Positions 47,001-60,200 of a stretch of 64,000 bases of DNA are shown one piece after another. The position numbers and the translations under genes are program-made. How positions within the stretch are numbered: the first letter of the stretch is position 1; every line of letters begins with the position of its first letter. This stretch comes from the human T2T-CHM13v2.0 reference genome, Homo sapiens, in the NCBI RefSeq assembly GCF_009914755.1, contig NC_060929.1; one strand, written 5' to 3'. The notes under the pieces were generated by a model, which had not been told where the DNA came from, ran no database searches, and worked only from the letters and a program-made list of their open reading frames with translations.

Positions 47001-48099
47001 AGATAATTGCACATATAACTATATAATTACAACTTTGATAAGGACTAAGGGAGAAGGAGGGAAGTATAGTGAGTTCTGAGAATAGCAAACAGGGAACCTG
47101 ACCTAATGGAGAGCATCAGGAGGGCCCTAGGAAAATGACATTGGAGGCAGGGGTGAGTTAGAGCCGAAAATAATTTTGGGGGACTTAGCTTCTGGGTACA
47201 ATCTACAGCAAGTGCAAAAGCCCAAGTAGAAAGAAATCAAAGCCAAGAAGGGAAATGGAATGAGATTAAGAATTGGAATAAGAATTCTAGAATTCTTAAT
47301 CCCTGATGGTAGAAAGAATAACATCTCTTTAAGAGAAACTTGTGCTTGTTAAATTCTTCAAGAAATTGCTTTATCTTTAGAGCTAACTCTGCGGCAGGCA
47401 CCGGGGCTAAGCCCTGTTGAACCTTCTACAGAGATAGGGATCAACTCCAGGCCCAATAATGTATTTGTTTATTTGGAAAGCATTCAAGTTTATTGTGCAT
47501 CTGATGCTGCCCTCGGTGCTAAACAAATGCAGTGGAGAACCACAGTCAACAGTAATTTAACATCAACTTGTGTAACAGCTGAACCCAGTATGAGGAAGCA
47601 ATGATAAAGAAGGCTTCCATGGACACTATTCGTCAGGGGGTTAGGCTGAGCTGTGCTCAGTTCCGAGCCTTCCAGTCCTCAGTGGGTCTAAGCAGAGATC
47701 CTTGAAAGTCGTGATGAAGGACCCAGGCGCTGCAGCCCATGCTTCTCCACATTCATTGCCCTTGCCTCAGTCAGACTTTTCACAGAGCCTGAACAGCACG
47801 TGGCTGGAGATCATCTTCTTAAACCAAGCAGTGTAGTCAGGGGATCCTGAGCTGCTGCTTCAAGGAGGATCCTGATGACTTAACAACTGGGAGAATGGGC
47901 AGGTGGTTATCGTCCTCCAGCGAGTACCTAAGAGGCTACTCAGTCCTCACCAGATGGATGGCCTGGACCACCAGAAGACTGACTTGCCTCTGAGAAATCT
48001 ACGTTGTGGGGGCTGTTTCCATGCCTTTTAATTTCCCCATTTACAATATGCAATTTTACATGTTCCTTATAGAAAGACTAGAAAATATAGGTAAATTAA

Positions 48100-48190
48100 A
48101 AGAGGGAGAAATAGACAGGGAAGGAAGGGAGGGAGGGAGGGAGGGAGGAAAAGAGGGAAAGAAGGGAAGGAGGGGAAAGGAGGAAGAAGT
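48100..48190. repeat. GA-rich low-complexity tract
   Basis: (GGGA)n-like polypurine. Confidence 0.85.
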
Positions 48191-48564
48191 CCTTCAAATT
48201 CTGCAACCCAGCAATAATATGGCAGGTACCACTCCAGGCCTAATTCTAAATGTCTCTGCCTAATATATATACCACTTGGTAACCTGCTGTTTTCCCTTAA
48301 TAATTGTCCTCTGAGCAGCTCCCTATGTAAACCAACATGTGTATGTAGATATCACATGCATTGGCAGTAGAATGTTCCATTTTATGAATACACCATAATT
48401 TATTTAACCAGCCCCTGATTTTGAATATTGAGATTCTTTCCAAGTTTTCCCTATTATAAATTATGCTTATTTTGAGAGACGGGCATGAGAACAAAGTGGA
48501 AGCAAAGTCAGGACTGGGGCTCTTGTTAACAATGAGATGTTTGTCATCCCCCTTCATGCTAAAG

Positions 48565-48812
48565 CATGCCTGCTCAAAGGGTTGGATATCTCCCCACGGG
48601 GAGTGAATATTGGTTTTTGGAGGGTAAAAAAACTTACTCTTTTCATGTATAAAGCACATATACACACAGTACATAAAACAGACAGTAGATCTATGATATT
48701 AAAATTTCATAAGGTGAGGAAGATTGAAGATTAGGGGAAAAAAATCCTCTAAAAGTGCCTCCCTAGGGGGATGATAATAAACATTATGTTACAAAAGTGT
48801 TAAAAGTCCACT
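48565..48812 (-). mobile_element. MER112-like hAT MITE
   Basis: cttactcttttcatgtataaagcaca...acagtacataaa...tattaaaatttcat...ccctaggggg. Confidence 0.65.
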
Positions 48813-49596
48813 CAGACTAGATCCATTCTATTATTTCCTACTCACCCGTGACTTCTAGCCTCCAACTGCCAGTCCAGAAGAGGCAAATTACTGACTGAGG
48901 TAAGCAATGCATAACTTTTCTCATTACTTCAGGATGGAGGATTGAGCAAGTCTGTGTGAGACAACACTCAGAAGATATAAACGGAGTCATCCCTTCCCTC
49001 AACAAATTTACACCAGGTGGGGCAGCTCTGTTTTATTTTCCTGCTTCACGGGCCCATGGGCTTTTAAACACAACCAGAGACAGCCACGCTCCTAGAGAAC
49101 GTAATGACAGTTGAATGGAGTTCAAGGCAAACTCAGGACCAGCACAGGCGTGCTCCTTGCCATCTGAAACGACTTCATAAACAAGCAATCGAGGTGGTGA
49201 ATTTACACTTATAATATCCTCATTAGCTCCTTTGAATTATGATTATGTTTTCCTGTTTGGACTTTTTTCCCACAGATGATAGAAGTCTTACTATGCCAAT
49301 AAAATACATCTGAAGAGACTTTCAGAGGGAGATCTCAAAGCCCTTTATAAACATTAACTCATTAATCCTCTTCTTATCCTGAGTGATGTGCAGCTGTCAT
49401 GTCTTATTATCCCATTATACAGGAGAGAAACTGAGACAGGGAGATTAAACGCCTCTCTGCAGACCTGCACCAAGGAGTGGCAAGAACAAAGGCTTTACCC
49501 AGACTTCTGCGAAGCCCATTACCAACAGGTGGCAGGGAAGGCGCTGAAACGTAGGAAGCACCTACTCCATGACAGCCATTGGTTTGCATTATTCAA

Positions 49597-49905
<309 letters not shown>

Positions 49906-50085
49906 ACATTATTCAATTTTTAATCTTTCTTGAACCCCAGTTAGATGCACAGAAACCCTCCCAGCTGGGCAATTTAAGAGATTTGCCCAAAGTTGCCCCA
50001 GCTAGTCAGAGGCAAGGGTGACAGTCGACCCCAGTCTGTCTGCAGTGCTAGATAGCATAGGCTCAGCCTGCTGTGTAGGAGTCAG

Positions 50086-50090
<5 letters not shown>

Positions 50091-50122
<32 letters not shown>

Positions 50123-50132
50123 ACACACACAC
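50091..50132. repeat. (CA)n microsatellite
   Basis: Seen directly. Confidence 0.95.
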
Positions 50133-50599
50133 AGAGGCCACATTTACCACAATGTATTGCACATTGAGAATGGTCACTTGGGAAGGTGTACAAAATGTCA
50201 GCTTTCCAGGGGGTTTTCAGACTTTGGCTCCTAGTAACGCGTGAAAGGTTTGCCTTTGGTACGCAGTGAACTTTGAGGACGATGAGAGTAATGAAATGTC
50301 TAAAGTGTCCAGCTCCAGAGTGCAATCTCTTCTACCCAAAGTGAGGAGGTGTCAGCTGCCTTAAGGGTATTATTTTTGCTATTATTACTAAGCTGCTACA
50401 TGAGTATTCTTGTACCATCCCTCTCTGTAAATAAGCTTTTTCACCTTCTCATGAAGAAATGGGAGAGAAGGCGAAAAGACTCTAAAAACAAATTTAAAAA
50501 ACCAATTGACCAACTGCCAAGGTCCTGGGTGAGTTTGAACAGCTTCCATCAGGAGGACAAGCTCCAAGCTCTATGTAAACTGATCATCTCAAGTTACTT

Positions 50600-51700
50600 C
50601 AGTATTCATCTATAGAATTTTTCAATTATGTATGACTAATTTTGCACAAAGTCATTATTTAAAGCAATTTGTCTCTGTGTGAGAGGCAACACCTTCCCCT
50701 TCCTGAAAGGTGGGTGGGGAAAATGTCCTAATCCGCCATGCATTGGCTTGAGTTATTAAGCGGTCACAGGAGTTCAAAAGAGAAAAATAATGAGCAGCTA
50801 AGTCATCACATGTAAGAATTCCTCCTCTATATTATCAAAATACAAATTAATTATAGATAAGATCAAACGAATTCTCTTTAATGTATGGTTTTCCCAGAGA
50901 AGGTAATGAAAATAGTGCACGGCCAGTGGGAGGGGAGTTCAAGGATACGTAGAGGGATCTTTTATGAATGTTGACGGCGTTTCATTGGAGACACGGTGCC
51001 TGTGAAGGCTGCAGAGGGGCCTCTGGAGAGTTCTGGGACATGCAAATAAAATGTGCTTTATTGCACTAGGTGCTAACTCCTGTGTGATCTCGTCTCCACA
51101 GGTCACTCTCAAGATAATGATAAAACCACCCCATACAATTACTCCTCCAGCCTGTGCAGTCAACAGGTAGAGAAACTGGCAGCCAACAGCCTTGCCCACA
51201 GAGCTTGCTAAAGGCATCGTGGTCATGGCCTTCAAGGGACTTTCATTCTTGATCTTTCAAGCAATGACCACAGCTGAAGTAAGCCCATGATTCATCCTCC
51301 TTTGGGGAAAAAAGAGTAGTGAGGGCCTCCTCCTCTCCACCCTCCCTGCCCCCACCTCCTTCCCAGTTGTATGTAACCCTAATATTCACATGACAGCAAA
51401 CATTTTCAAAATAATAGTCCTGTATACTTAAGGTTAATCAGGACGGGCGCCATCCAACTTGCAAAGGTAGCAATTTTCCTTCATTAAAGCCAAATCAAGA
51501 AAGAGAACTTTGGGATTCCTTAGGGCTAATTACAAGGTGTTAATAATAACAATATAATGGCAGCAATTTTCCAGCTTTGCTCAAACCCATAATCTGCTTG
51601 AGTGCCTTATAGGATTGTCTGTGAGTTTATATAAAGCCGAGTGTTAGTCCAAAAATCTTTTCAGTAATTTCATTTTTACATCATGTCTCTCCTGAGTGTT
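50600..51700. promoter_or_regulatory. Candidate developmental enhancer in a repeat-free island
   Basis: Dense TAAT/TTAATTA motifs, GGCGCC at 51446-51451 next to TTAATCA, and AACAAT, with no recognisable repeats over about 3 kb. Inference only. Confidence 0.35.
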
Positions 51701-53410
51701 TATGATGATGTGGTAATTGTTGGTGGAGAAGGTTCTCTTTGGGGAAAGAACAAGTAGCAGCTTGACACCTCCAGGACTCCTTTTGTTTCCCTTGAAGTAC
51801 TCCCTGGGAAGGAACGATGGGTCGGCAGGCTGAACTCAGTGGCCCCTGAATGCTCAGAAACTTTAGGTAGGGTGGACGCCAGCGTGTTCCTTGTATTCAT
51901 CCAGACTGCTTCCCTGACCGTGAGCCAGTGGGGGAAGAAAAAGGCAACGAGATCATTGGACATGAGAGATTTGGGCAGCCATATGCCGGGAGGCAGGGGA
52001 AGTGCCACGGTGTCTCCACTGGTGGTGCCTCCTCGAAGCCCACCTGCAGCTGGTAGGAACTTGTGGCTCCAGAAGGCATGATAAATGATAAATGCCCAAT
52101 TTTGCTCAGTGTGACCATTTGTTTCACTAACCGATTCTCCTTATGGGCTAGTGACCCAAGAGCTTTCTTCTCAGGATTTTGACTCCACGCATGTGGGACT
52201 GCTCACTTAAAACCCAAAAAGACAGAAAGATTCGTTGGTGAGGGCTGCTGCGTGTTTTTTTTCTATTCATTTATCCCCTCCTCTTGCTACCAGTGGAAAG
52301 ACTACACACTGATTTAGAAGAGTAAGGCCCTTTAAGAGGCAAGACATTTAGCATCTCACTCACTCTCTTTCCCTCTTTAGGCAGCCTAGGGGAGAATTCT
52401 TCTAAATTTTGGACAGGAGAGAAGCAAATTGTCTGGCATTGCCAAGTTGGGGTCTAAAGCCAGTTTTTACAACCAGTTTCTAAACCAGATCATAAAAGTT
52501 GGTGATGGAAAAGCTGAACCAATACAAACTCCGTGTGGTTTTTGTTGACTGTTTAAGGATGCCAGGAGACACATCAAACCAAAGAAATGAAAATTTGTCC
52601 TAATTGGGTTAGAACCACGAATAAACAGGCACCTCTGAAGTTATATATGTTGAAAATTTATGAGCAGGGACAGTAGAACCTACACTATTTTGGAATATGT
52701 GACTTTCCTCCCTGTTGGTCTTCCAGGATGGAGATCAGACATGAAAAGGAGCAGTGGGGACGCAGGAGGAAGGAGAACTTGCTGGAGTTCTATGTCCTCC
52801 CGTAGAAAACAGAAAATAATGTCCTATCACAGAGTCCTCCTGCAATTCAAATTAGGTCACCTTCATAAAAGTGTATGAGTTGAACCATGAAACCCCAGTG
52901 CCCTTAAAGACCAAAGAGGTCTTTTCTTGGTCACACTGAGCCAGGGGCTCCCAGACAGCTGTGGCCCAGAGAGAGAAATAGATTTGCTGAAGATCACAGT
53001 TTACTCAGGAGAAGAAAAGAGGCAGATGTTTTTCTCCAGGCCTAGAACACCCCTAATTTGTTTGAAAAACTTTTAAGGGAAACACAAGCTTGAGAGGCAA
53101 CAGAGATGCCTGCAAGGTAAAGATTGAGTAATCCGGCACCCGCGGCAGCCTCACAGAATTAAACACACAAGGTATTCAGAGACAGAGATGTCCAATCTTT
53201 GGCAGGCACCCTCAGTTGCCTCCCGACAGTCATTCCCTGTCTTTCTGGTTAACAGAATGCTAATTTTGTTTGAGTAACAATATGCCCATCCTCAGGGGAT
53301 GAATCATGGATGGTTTAAGCCAGGGGTCAGCAAACAACTGTCTATGGGCCAAATTTGACCCACTACCTGTTTTCTGTACAGCCTGAGAGCTAAAAATGTT
53401 TTTCTCAAGA

Positions 53411-53774
53411 CAGTTGTCCCTGCTTATTTGCAATTTCACTCTCTGTAGTTTCAGTTAGTTACCTGTGGCCAATCACGGTCCAAAAATATTAAATGAAAAA
53501 TTTCAGAAATAATTCATAATTTTTAATTGCATGCCTTTCAGAATCGCATGATGAAATCTTGCACCGACCCACTCCATCCCACCTGGGACGTGAATCACCC
53601 CATTGTCCAGCATATCCGCACCTTCTATGCCACCTACCTGTTAGTCACTTAGTAGCCATCTTGGTTATTAGATCCCAAAATCATAGTAGATATAGGGTTC
53701 TGTACTATCTGCAGTTTCAGGCATCCCGTGGGGGTCTTAGAACATAATCGCTCATGGATAAGGGAAAACTACTG
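53411..53774 (+). mobile_element. MER44A-like (Tigger7) element
   Basis: cagttgtccctgcttat...cggtccaaaaatattaaatg...ggataagggaaaactactg with terminal inverted repeats. Confidence 0.75.
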
Positions 53775-53872
53775 TGTTTTGAAATGGTTGAAAAAAATCA
53801 AAAGATGAGTCATTGTGAAACAAACATGAAAATTACATGAAATTCAAATTTCTTTGTTCACAAGTTTTATTG

Positions 53873-53984
53873 GTATGGTAACCAATTGTCCTAGTTTGCT
53901 GGAGAATTGAGAGGATCCCTTGAATTCAGGACTTTTGGTGCTAAAACTGGGAATCTCTCCAGCAAACCAAGAGTTGGTCATCAT
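53873..53984. mobile_element. MER81-like hAT-Blackjack MITE
   Basis: ggtaaccaattgtcctagtttg...ggacttttggtgctaaaactggga...caaacc...gttggtca. Confidence 0.7.
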
Positions 53985-53997
53985 GATAGTCACCCCT

Positions 53998-54460
53998 ATA
54001 GTTGCCATGTAAACGACAAGATGAAATTTTATTGATTTCAACAAGATGAAAATTTGAATTTCAGATGAACAGTGAATACTTAAACATATCTTGAATATTG
54101 CATGGGACATACACTAAAAAAACCATTTGTTTTTGAGCAGAAGTTTTTTGTTATTGTTTTTGGTTTTGTTTTTGAGACAGGGTCTCTCTCTGTTGCCCAT
54201 GCTGAAGTGCAGTGGCACGATCACGGCTCACGATAGCCTCTATCTCCGGGCTCCAGTGATCCTCCTACCTCAGTCTTCCAAGTAGCTGGGACTATAGGTG
54301 TGCACCACCACACCTACTAACCTCTCAGCCTTAAGTGATCCTCCCACCTTGGCCTTCCAAATTGTTGGGATTACAGGCGTAAGCCATTGTGCCAGGCCTG
54401 ATCTGGAATTTAAATATAACTGGAGCATTCTGCATTTAGACCTGACAAATGGCAGCCCTA
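53998..54460. mobile_element. MER53-like MITE, split by an Alu
   Basis: aaatttgaatttcagatgaac...atattgcatgggacatac...aaatataactgg...ggcagcccta. Confidence 0.7.
54144..54398 (-). mobile_element. AluJ with internal deletion
   Basis: gagacagggtctc and gatcctcctacctcag AluJ diagnostics; middle region missing. Confidence 0.88.
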
Positions 54461-54825
54461 TCCACACCTGTTTGTTATGTATTAGCGATGGCTGCTTTTC
54501 TGTGACTGCGGCAGAGTCAAATAGTTGTGACACAGACAGTATGGCCCACAAAACCTAAAATATTCGCTATCTGGCCCTTAACAGAAAAAGTTTGCTGACT
54601 CCTGGTCCAAGCCAATCATGGTACCTTAATTCCCCCTTTCCAGTGGTCATGTGCCTGAGTGACCATGTGAATGGGACAAAAGAGGCTTGCTAGGGACTTC
54701 CAGGGAAGATTTCACCCCTGACAAAAAGTAAGAGCAGATTACAGAAAAAGACCTTTCATTTTATTTCCTCCTTCCTTCTTTTATTTCAGCTTGGGAAGCT
54801 GGTATATAAGAATGTGATGTTTGGG

Positions 54826-55151
54826 GGCCGCGCGTGGTGGCTCACTCCTGTAATCCCAGCACTTTATGAGGCCAAGGATGGTGGATCACAAGATCAGGAG
54901 ATCAAGATCATCCTGGCCAACATGGTGAAACCCCGTCTCTACTAAAGATACAAAAATTAGCTGGGTGTGGTGGCGCACACCTGTAGTCCCAGCTACTCAG
55001 GAGGCTGAGGCAGAAGAATCACTTGAACCCGGGTGACGGAGGTTGCAGTGAGCTGAGATCATACCACTCCACTCCAGCCTAGCAACAGAGTGAGATTCCA
55101 TCTCAAAAAAAAAAAAAGAAAGAAAAAAGAAAGAGAAGAAAAGAAAAAAAA
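54826..55151 (+). mobile_element. Alu (AluSc-like)
   Basis: TSD aagaatgt(g/a)atgtttggg at 54808-54825 and 55152-55169. Confidence 0.92.
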
Positions 55152-55449
55152 AAGAATGTAATGTTTGGGGTTGTGGCAACCATTTTATGGCATGAGAGAA
55201 AACCTTGCCCACATACCCAGGATTCAGTAACAGAGAGGTGCAAAGATCCTGGTACCACCCAGGGACTTCTTTCTCCCAGTTAGGAATTCTTAACATCAGC
55301 GTTTCTGAGGTTGGTTGGTGAAAAAATGACATCATTATTTTCACAAACTCCTAACTGAAATTTAGTATTTTCTTTGATCAAGAGTGTGTGCAGCAATGGA
55401 GAGCAGCATTAGCAGTACCTGGAGTGCTGCTAGTAGACGTCACTGTATT

Positions 55450-56920
55450 TGTCCATCCTACAACCCTCAAAGATTAACCCCCATCCCACATGCATTCAAC
55501 TCATCCCAACATCATCAAGTGTTTCAACCTATTACAGCATCAACTCAAAGTTCAAAAATCTCATCAGTTCAAAAGTCTCAAATCTGTCCATCTAAATCAG
55601 GTAGGGGTGAGACTGTGAGCATAATCCATCCTGAGGCAAAATTCCTCTCCATCTTTGGGCCTATGGAACTAGAAAACAAGTTATCTGCTTCCAAAATGCT
55701 GTGATGAAACAAGCGTAGGATATCATTATAGTCATTCCTGTTCAAAAAGGGAGAAGATAAAAGAAAAGAAGGAATTACCGATTTTGACAATTTTTAAAAT
55801 CCAGTTAGGAAAACATTACGTTTTAAGGACTGGGAATAATTCCATTAGTTCATGGCTCTACCCTCTGCTGTTATATTCTGCCCTATAAATCATTCTTTTT
55901 TCTTGAAGGCTAGCAAATGTTTGGCACTGAGTATTTTTATCAGCCTGTTTCCTGTCTGCTGAATTTTGGGAGCCTGACAGCCACCTTTCATTTAATCCTT
56001 GGATTGCCGGTCCAAACTGGCAGTGTTTCTGCTGATATAAAATTCTCAAGAACCTTGTGGGTCTCTTGTGTATGCCATGGGAATTCACTTCATTAGATAA
56101 GAGGCCCCTCCACAGATCTTTCTTGGATAACTTCATCTTTAGTTCTGGCTTCTTCTGCAATGGCTGAGGAGAATCATACACTTAATCTTTTCTAAGAACT
56201 CTCTGTGTGACTGAATACTCTGACTTTTTATCCTTCTGAGGCACTAGCAAAAGGTTGGACACGCCCTTGTCTTTCTCTTCAGAGCATGTTTTTCTGACAG
56301 CAAATCTCCTAGTTTTAGCATCTTTTGATAACATCTTTTAGCATCTGGATAAGCTGAGAATTTCCCAAATCAGTAAGTTCTCATTTTTTTTCTTAACAGT
56401 TCTTTCCTTCGTCTGTTTATTTCCTCTCACATTTTACAGGAAGCTGCAAGAAGAAATCAAGTTGCACCTTCAACACTTGGCTAGGAAATCTCCTCAGCTA
56501 AATATGCAGTTTTATCACTTATGTACTGTTTTCTACAGAAATGTAAGATGCAATTCAGCTAAGTTTTCTGACACTGCATAGTGAGAATCGCCCTTTCCTC
56601 CAGTTTTCAATTACATATTCCTCAGTTCCTTCTGAAAACTTACCAAAAGTGCCTTTACATCCACATTTTTACCAACAGTCTCTTTATGATCATTTAAAGT
56701 ACTCTCTAAGACAATATAGTTTTTCTCTACCATGCTCCTCATTTCCTCCTGAGTCCCTATTAACATCCATATTTGTACTCACGGTCTTTTCAAAGCAAGC
56801 TAAGCTTTTTCTATCCTGCTTCTCAAAATTTGACTAGCCTCTACCTAACCTCCAATCCCAAAGCCATTTCTATATTTTTAGGAATTTGTTACAACAGCAC
56901 CCCACTTTCAGTATAAAATC
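55450..56920 (-). mobile_element. MaLR internal region (MLT1-int)
   Basis: acagcatcaactcaaagttc..., catcctgaggcaaa..., cattcctgttcaaaaaggg..., ending acagcaccccact...aaaatc next to the LTR. Confidence 0.75.
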
Positions 56921-57711
56921 TGAATTGGTTTTTCTATTGATGCTGTAACAAATTACCACAAAATTAGTGGGAAAACAAAACAAAACAAAACAGAAATCAG
57001 CCAGATGAGGTGGCTCACACCTGTAATCCCAGCACTTTGGGAGGCCAAGGCAGGTGGATCACCTGAGGTCAGGAGTTCAAGATGAGCCTGGCCAACATGG
57101 TGAAACCCTGTCTCTACTAAAAATACAAAAAGTAGCCGGGCATAGTGGTAGGCACCTGTAGTCCCAGCTACTCAGGAGGCTGAGTCAGGAGAATTGCTTG
57201 AACTCGGGAGGTGGAGGTTGCAGTGACCCAAGATTCAGCCCCTGCACTCCAGCCTGGGTGACAGAGTGAGACTCCGTCTCAAGAGAAAAAAAAGAAAGAA
57301 AGAAAACCAACCAACAAACACGGAAATCTTACAGTTCTGGAGAGCAAAATCCAAAATGCATCAGCAGGGTTGCACTCCTTCTGGAAGCTCTGGAGAAGAA
57401 TCTAGCTGCTTGTCTTTTCCAGCTTCTAGAAGCTGCCCATATTCCTTGGCCTATGATCCCACATTGCTCTGGCCCCAGCTTCTCTCATCACAGATCTTTC
57501 TCTGGCCCTGACACTCACTCCTATCTCCCTCTTTTCTTTATAAAGACCCTGTGATAACATCGGGCTCACCCCTATAATGCAGGATAATCCCCCCATCTCA
57601 AAATCCTTTTAATCACATCTACAAAATTCCTTTAGCCATGTAAGAAAACATTTTCAGGTTTGGGGGATTAGGATGTGGGCATCTTTGAGGGCCGTTATTC
57701 TGTCCACCATG
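56921..57711 (-). mobile_element. MaLR LTR (MLT1D-like), split by an Alu
   Basis: gctgtaacaaattaccacaaa...cttacagttctgg...ttccagcttctag...ttaatcacatct...ttattctgtccacca. Confidence 0.8.
56999..57306 (+). mobile_element. Alu (AluSx-like)
   Basis: Full Alu. Confidence 0.92.
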
Positions 57712-58349
57712 GTCACCAATAGAAATCACAGGTATTTTCATACCCTATTATAGTTGGAGCACATATTTTGAAATGCCCTTTACATTCATCATGACTTTAA
57801 GTTTTAGTAGCTATTAGACCTGCCACTACATTTATTATGTAATAAGTTAACAAAAATCACATCTACAGTATTATAGGTTGTTATATCAGTGACTCTATTT
57901 CAACATAACTAGTTTCCTTTGTAATTGTATATATTTTATATTAGCACTAAAATATCTTTTCCAAGAAGTTCATCAGACTGCCATGGTATAAAAAAAGGTT
58001 AAGGATGCCAATGTCAAGTGTTTTATAAATAGTTTTGTGATTTCAACCACTGGACATCATTTTCTGTTATTTGCAGTCAAAGGCAATCCTAAGTGATGTA
58101 CAATTACATGTTTCCTGAATCACAGGTCGGTATAGACCCTATACTGGCTTTCTGGATGTGGTGCTGGGACTTAACATAGCCTAACTCATGAAGCTGGGAA
58201 ATCTCAGTCCATTATATTATACGAATATAAGATGTAATCATCATCTTTCAGTGTTTGTATGGTGATGGGGAGTATTTCACACACCCATTTACTTACTCCA
58301 AAAATGTTTCCTAATGCTTACTTTGTGCCAGGACTTTCAATGGGCTGGC

Positions 58350-60200
<1,851 letters not shown>

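Larger units (their letters stand above)
53321..54604 (+). mobile_element. MER58B-like hAT element (interrupted)
   Basis: caggggtcagcaaac...gggccaaat start, ggcccacaaaacctaaaatatt...gtttgctgactcctg end; 8-bp TSD gtttaagc/gtccaagc. Confidence 0.8.
55280..58010 (+). mobile_element. hAT-Charlie element (Charlie4/MER113-like), split by a MaLR
   Basis: Left part ttcttaac...ctaactgaaatttag...attagcagtacctg (to about 55425); right part gtcaccaatagaaatcacag...aaaaaggttaag (57712-58010). Confidence 0.6.
53190..58100 (+). mobile_element. Old MaLR LTR (MLT1J/K-like), the outer host of a nested stack
   Basis: LTR pieces at about 53190-53320, 54605-54825, 55150-55260 and 58020-58100 read as one continuous element when the inserts are removed. 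Confidence 0.55.
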
